Under the pieces are notes generated by a model. It made no database searches, had not been told where the DNA came from, and saw only the letters and a list, made by a program, of their open reading frames with translations. The position numbers and the translations under genes were made by a program. A stretch of DNA of 63,156 nucleotides, filler included, from Reticulomyxa filosa (Eukaryota > Protista > Foraminifera), in NCBI GenBank assembly GCA_000512085.1. It is 18 parts of 18 records of this genome, joined end to end, with 100 filler letters (N's around TTAATTAATTAA, not from the genome) between each part and the next. Parts side by side here need not be neighbours in the genome. Positions count along the whole stretch, not along the records: positions 60,062 to 63,156 come from ASPP01024170.1; 17 more parts are not named here. The stretch is one strand, 5' to 3'. Below are positions 63,111 through 63,156 of the stretch, one piece after another. The stretch's first letter is position 1. The number at the start of each line of letters is the position of its first letter.

Positions 63111-63156
63111 GTGATTTATGATGGCACATTTAAATTATACGAATAAAAAAAAAAAA

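Noticed and set aside
1-63156. tRNA, rRNA or snRNA genes
   Set aside because: None recognised by eye; tRNAscan-SE and Infernal are needed to exclude them.

Overview
This is AT-rich, intron-rich eukaryotic DNA and not one continuous locus. It is 18 short contigs joined by 17 artificial 100-nt spacers (N44-TTAATTAATTAA-N44), so gene order across spacers means nothing. The gene families (WD40 proteins with a [11 protein letters not shown] motif, NACHT-pentapeptide-WD40, Kelch-like, TM-RGS) resemble the foraminiferan Reticulomyxa filosa; this is from recall and not confirmed. Manual splicing gave: TRM61, threonyl-tRNA synthetase, a non-RD MAP2K-like kinase, RRM, NYN, UBA and bHLH proteins, two multi-TM RGS proteins, a membrane protein with two LtrA-like domains, and several NLR/TRAF-like WD40, HEAT and Kelch repeat proteins. 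Mobile DNA includes a decayed Ty3/Gypsy element and Tc1-like remnants. The main finding is four small exons (4045-4735), missed by the ORF track, that splice in frame onto the ThrRS. They encode a GST-like domain of the GluRS/Arc1p/AIMP type, which suggests ThrRS joins a multi-synthetase or EF1B-type complex through GST domains. Also notable: many introns have poly(A) tracts rather than polypyrimidine tracts before the acceptor, and GTT donors; the LtrA-like domain is duplicated within one protein; and WD40 paralogues vary mainly at predicted binding-face positions. Many single-base frameshifts fall in homopolymer runs and are probably sequencing errors.
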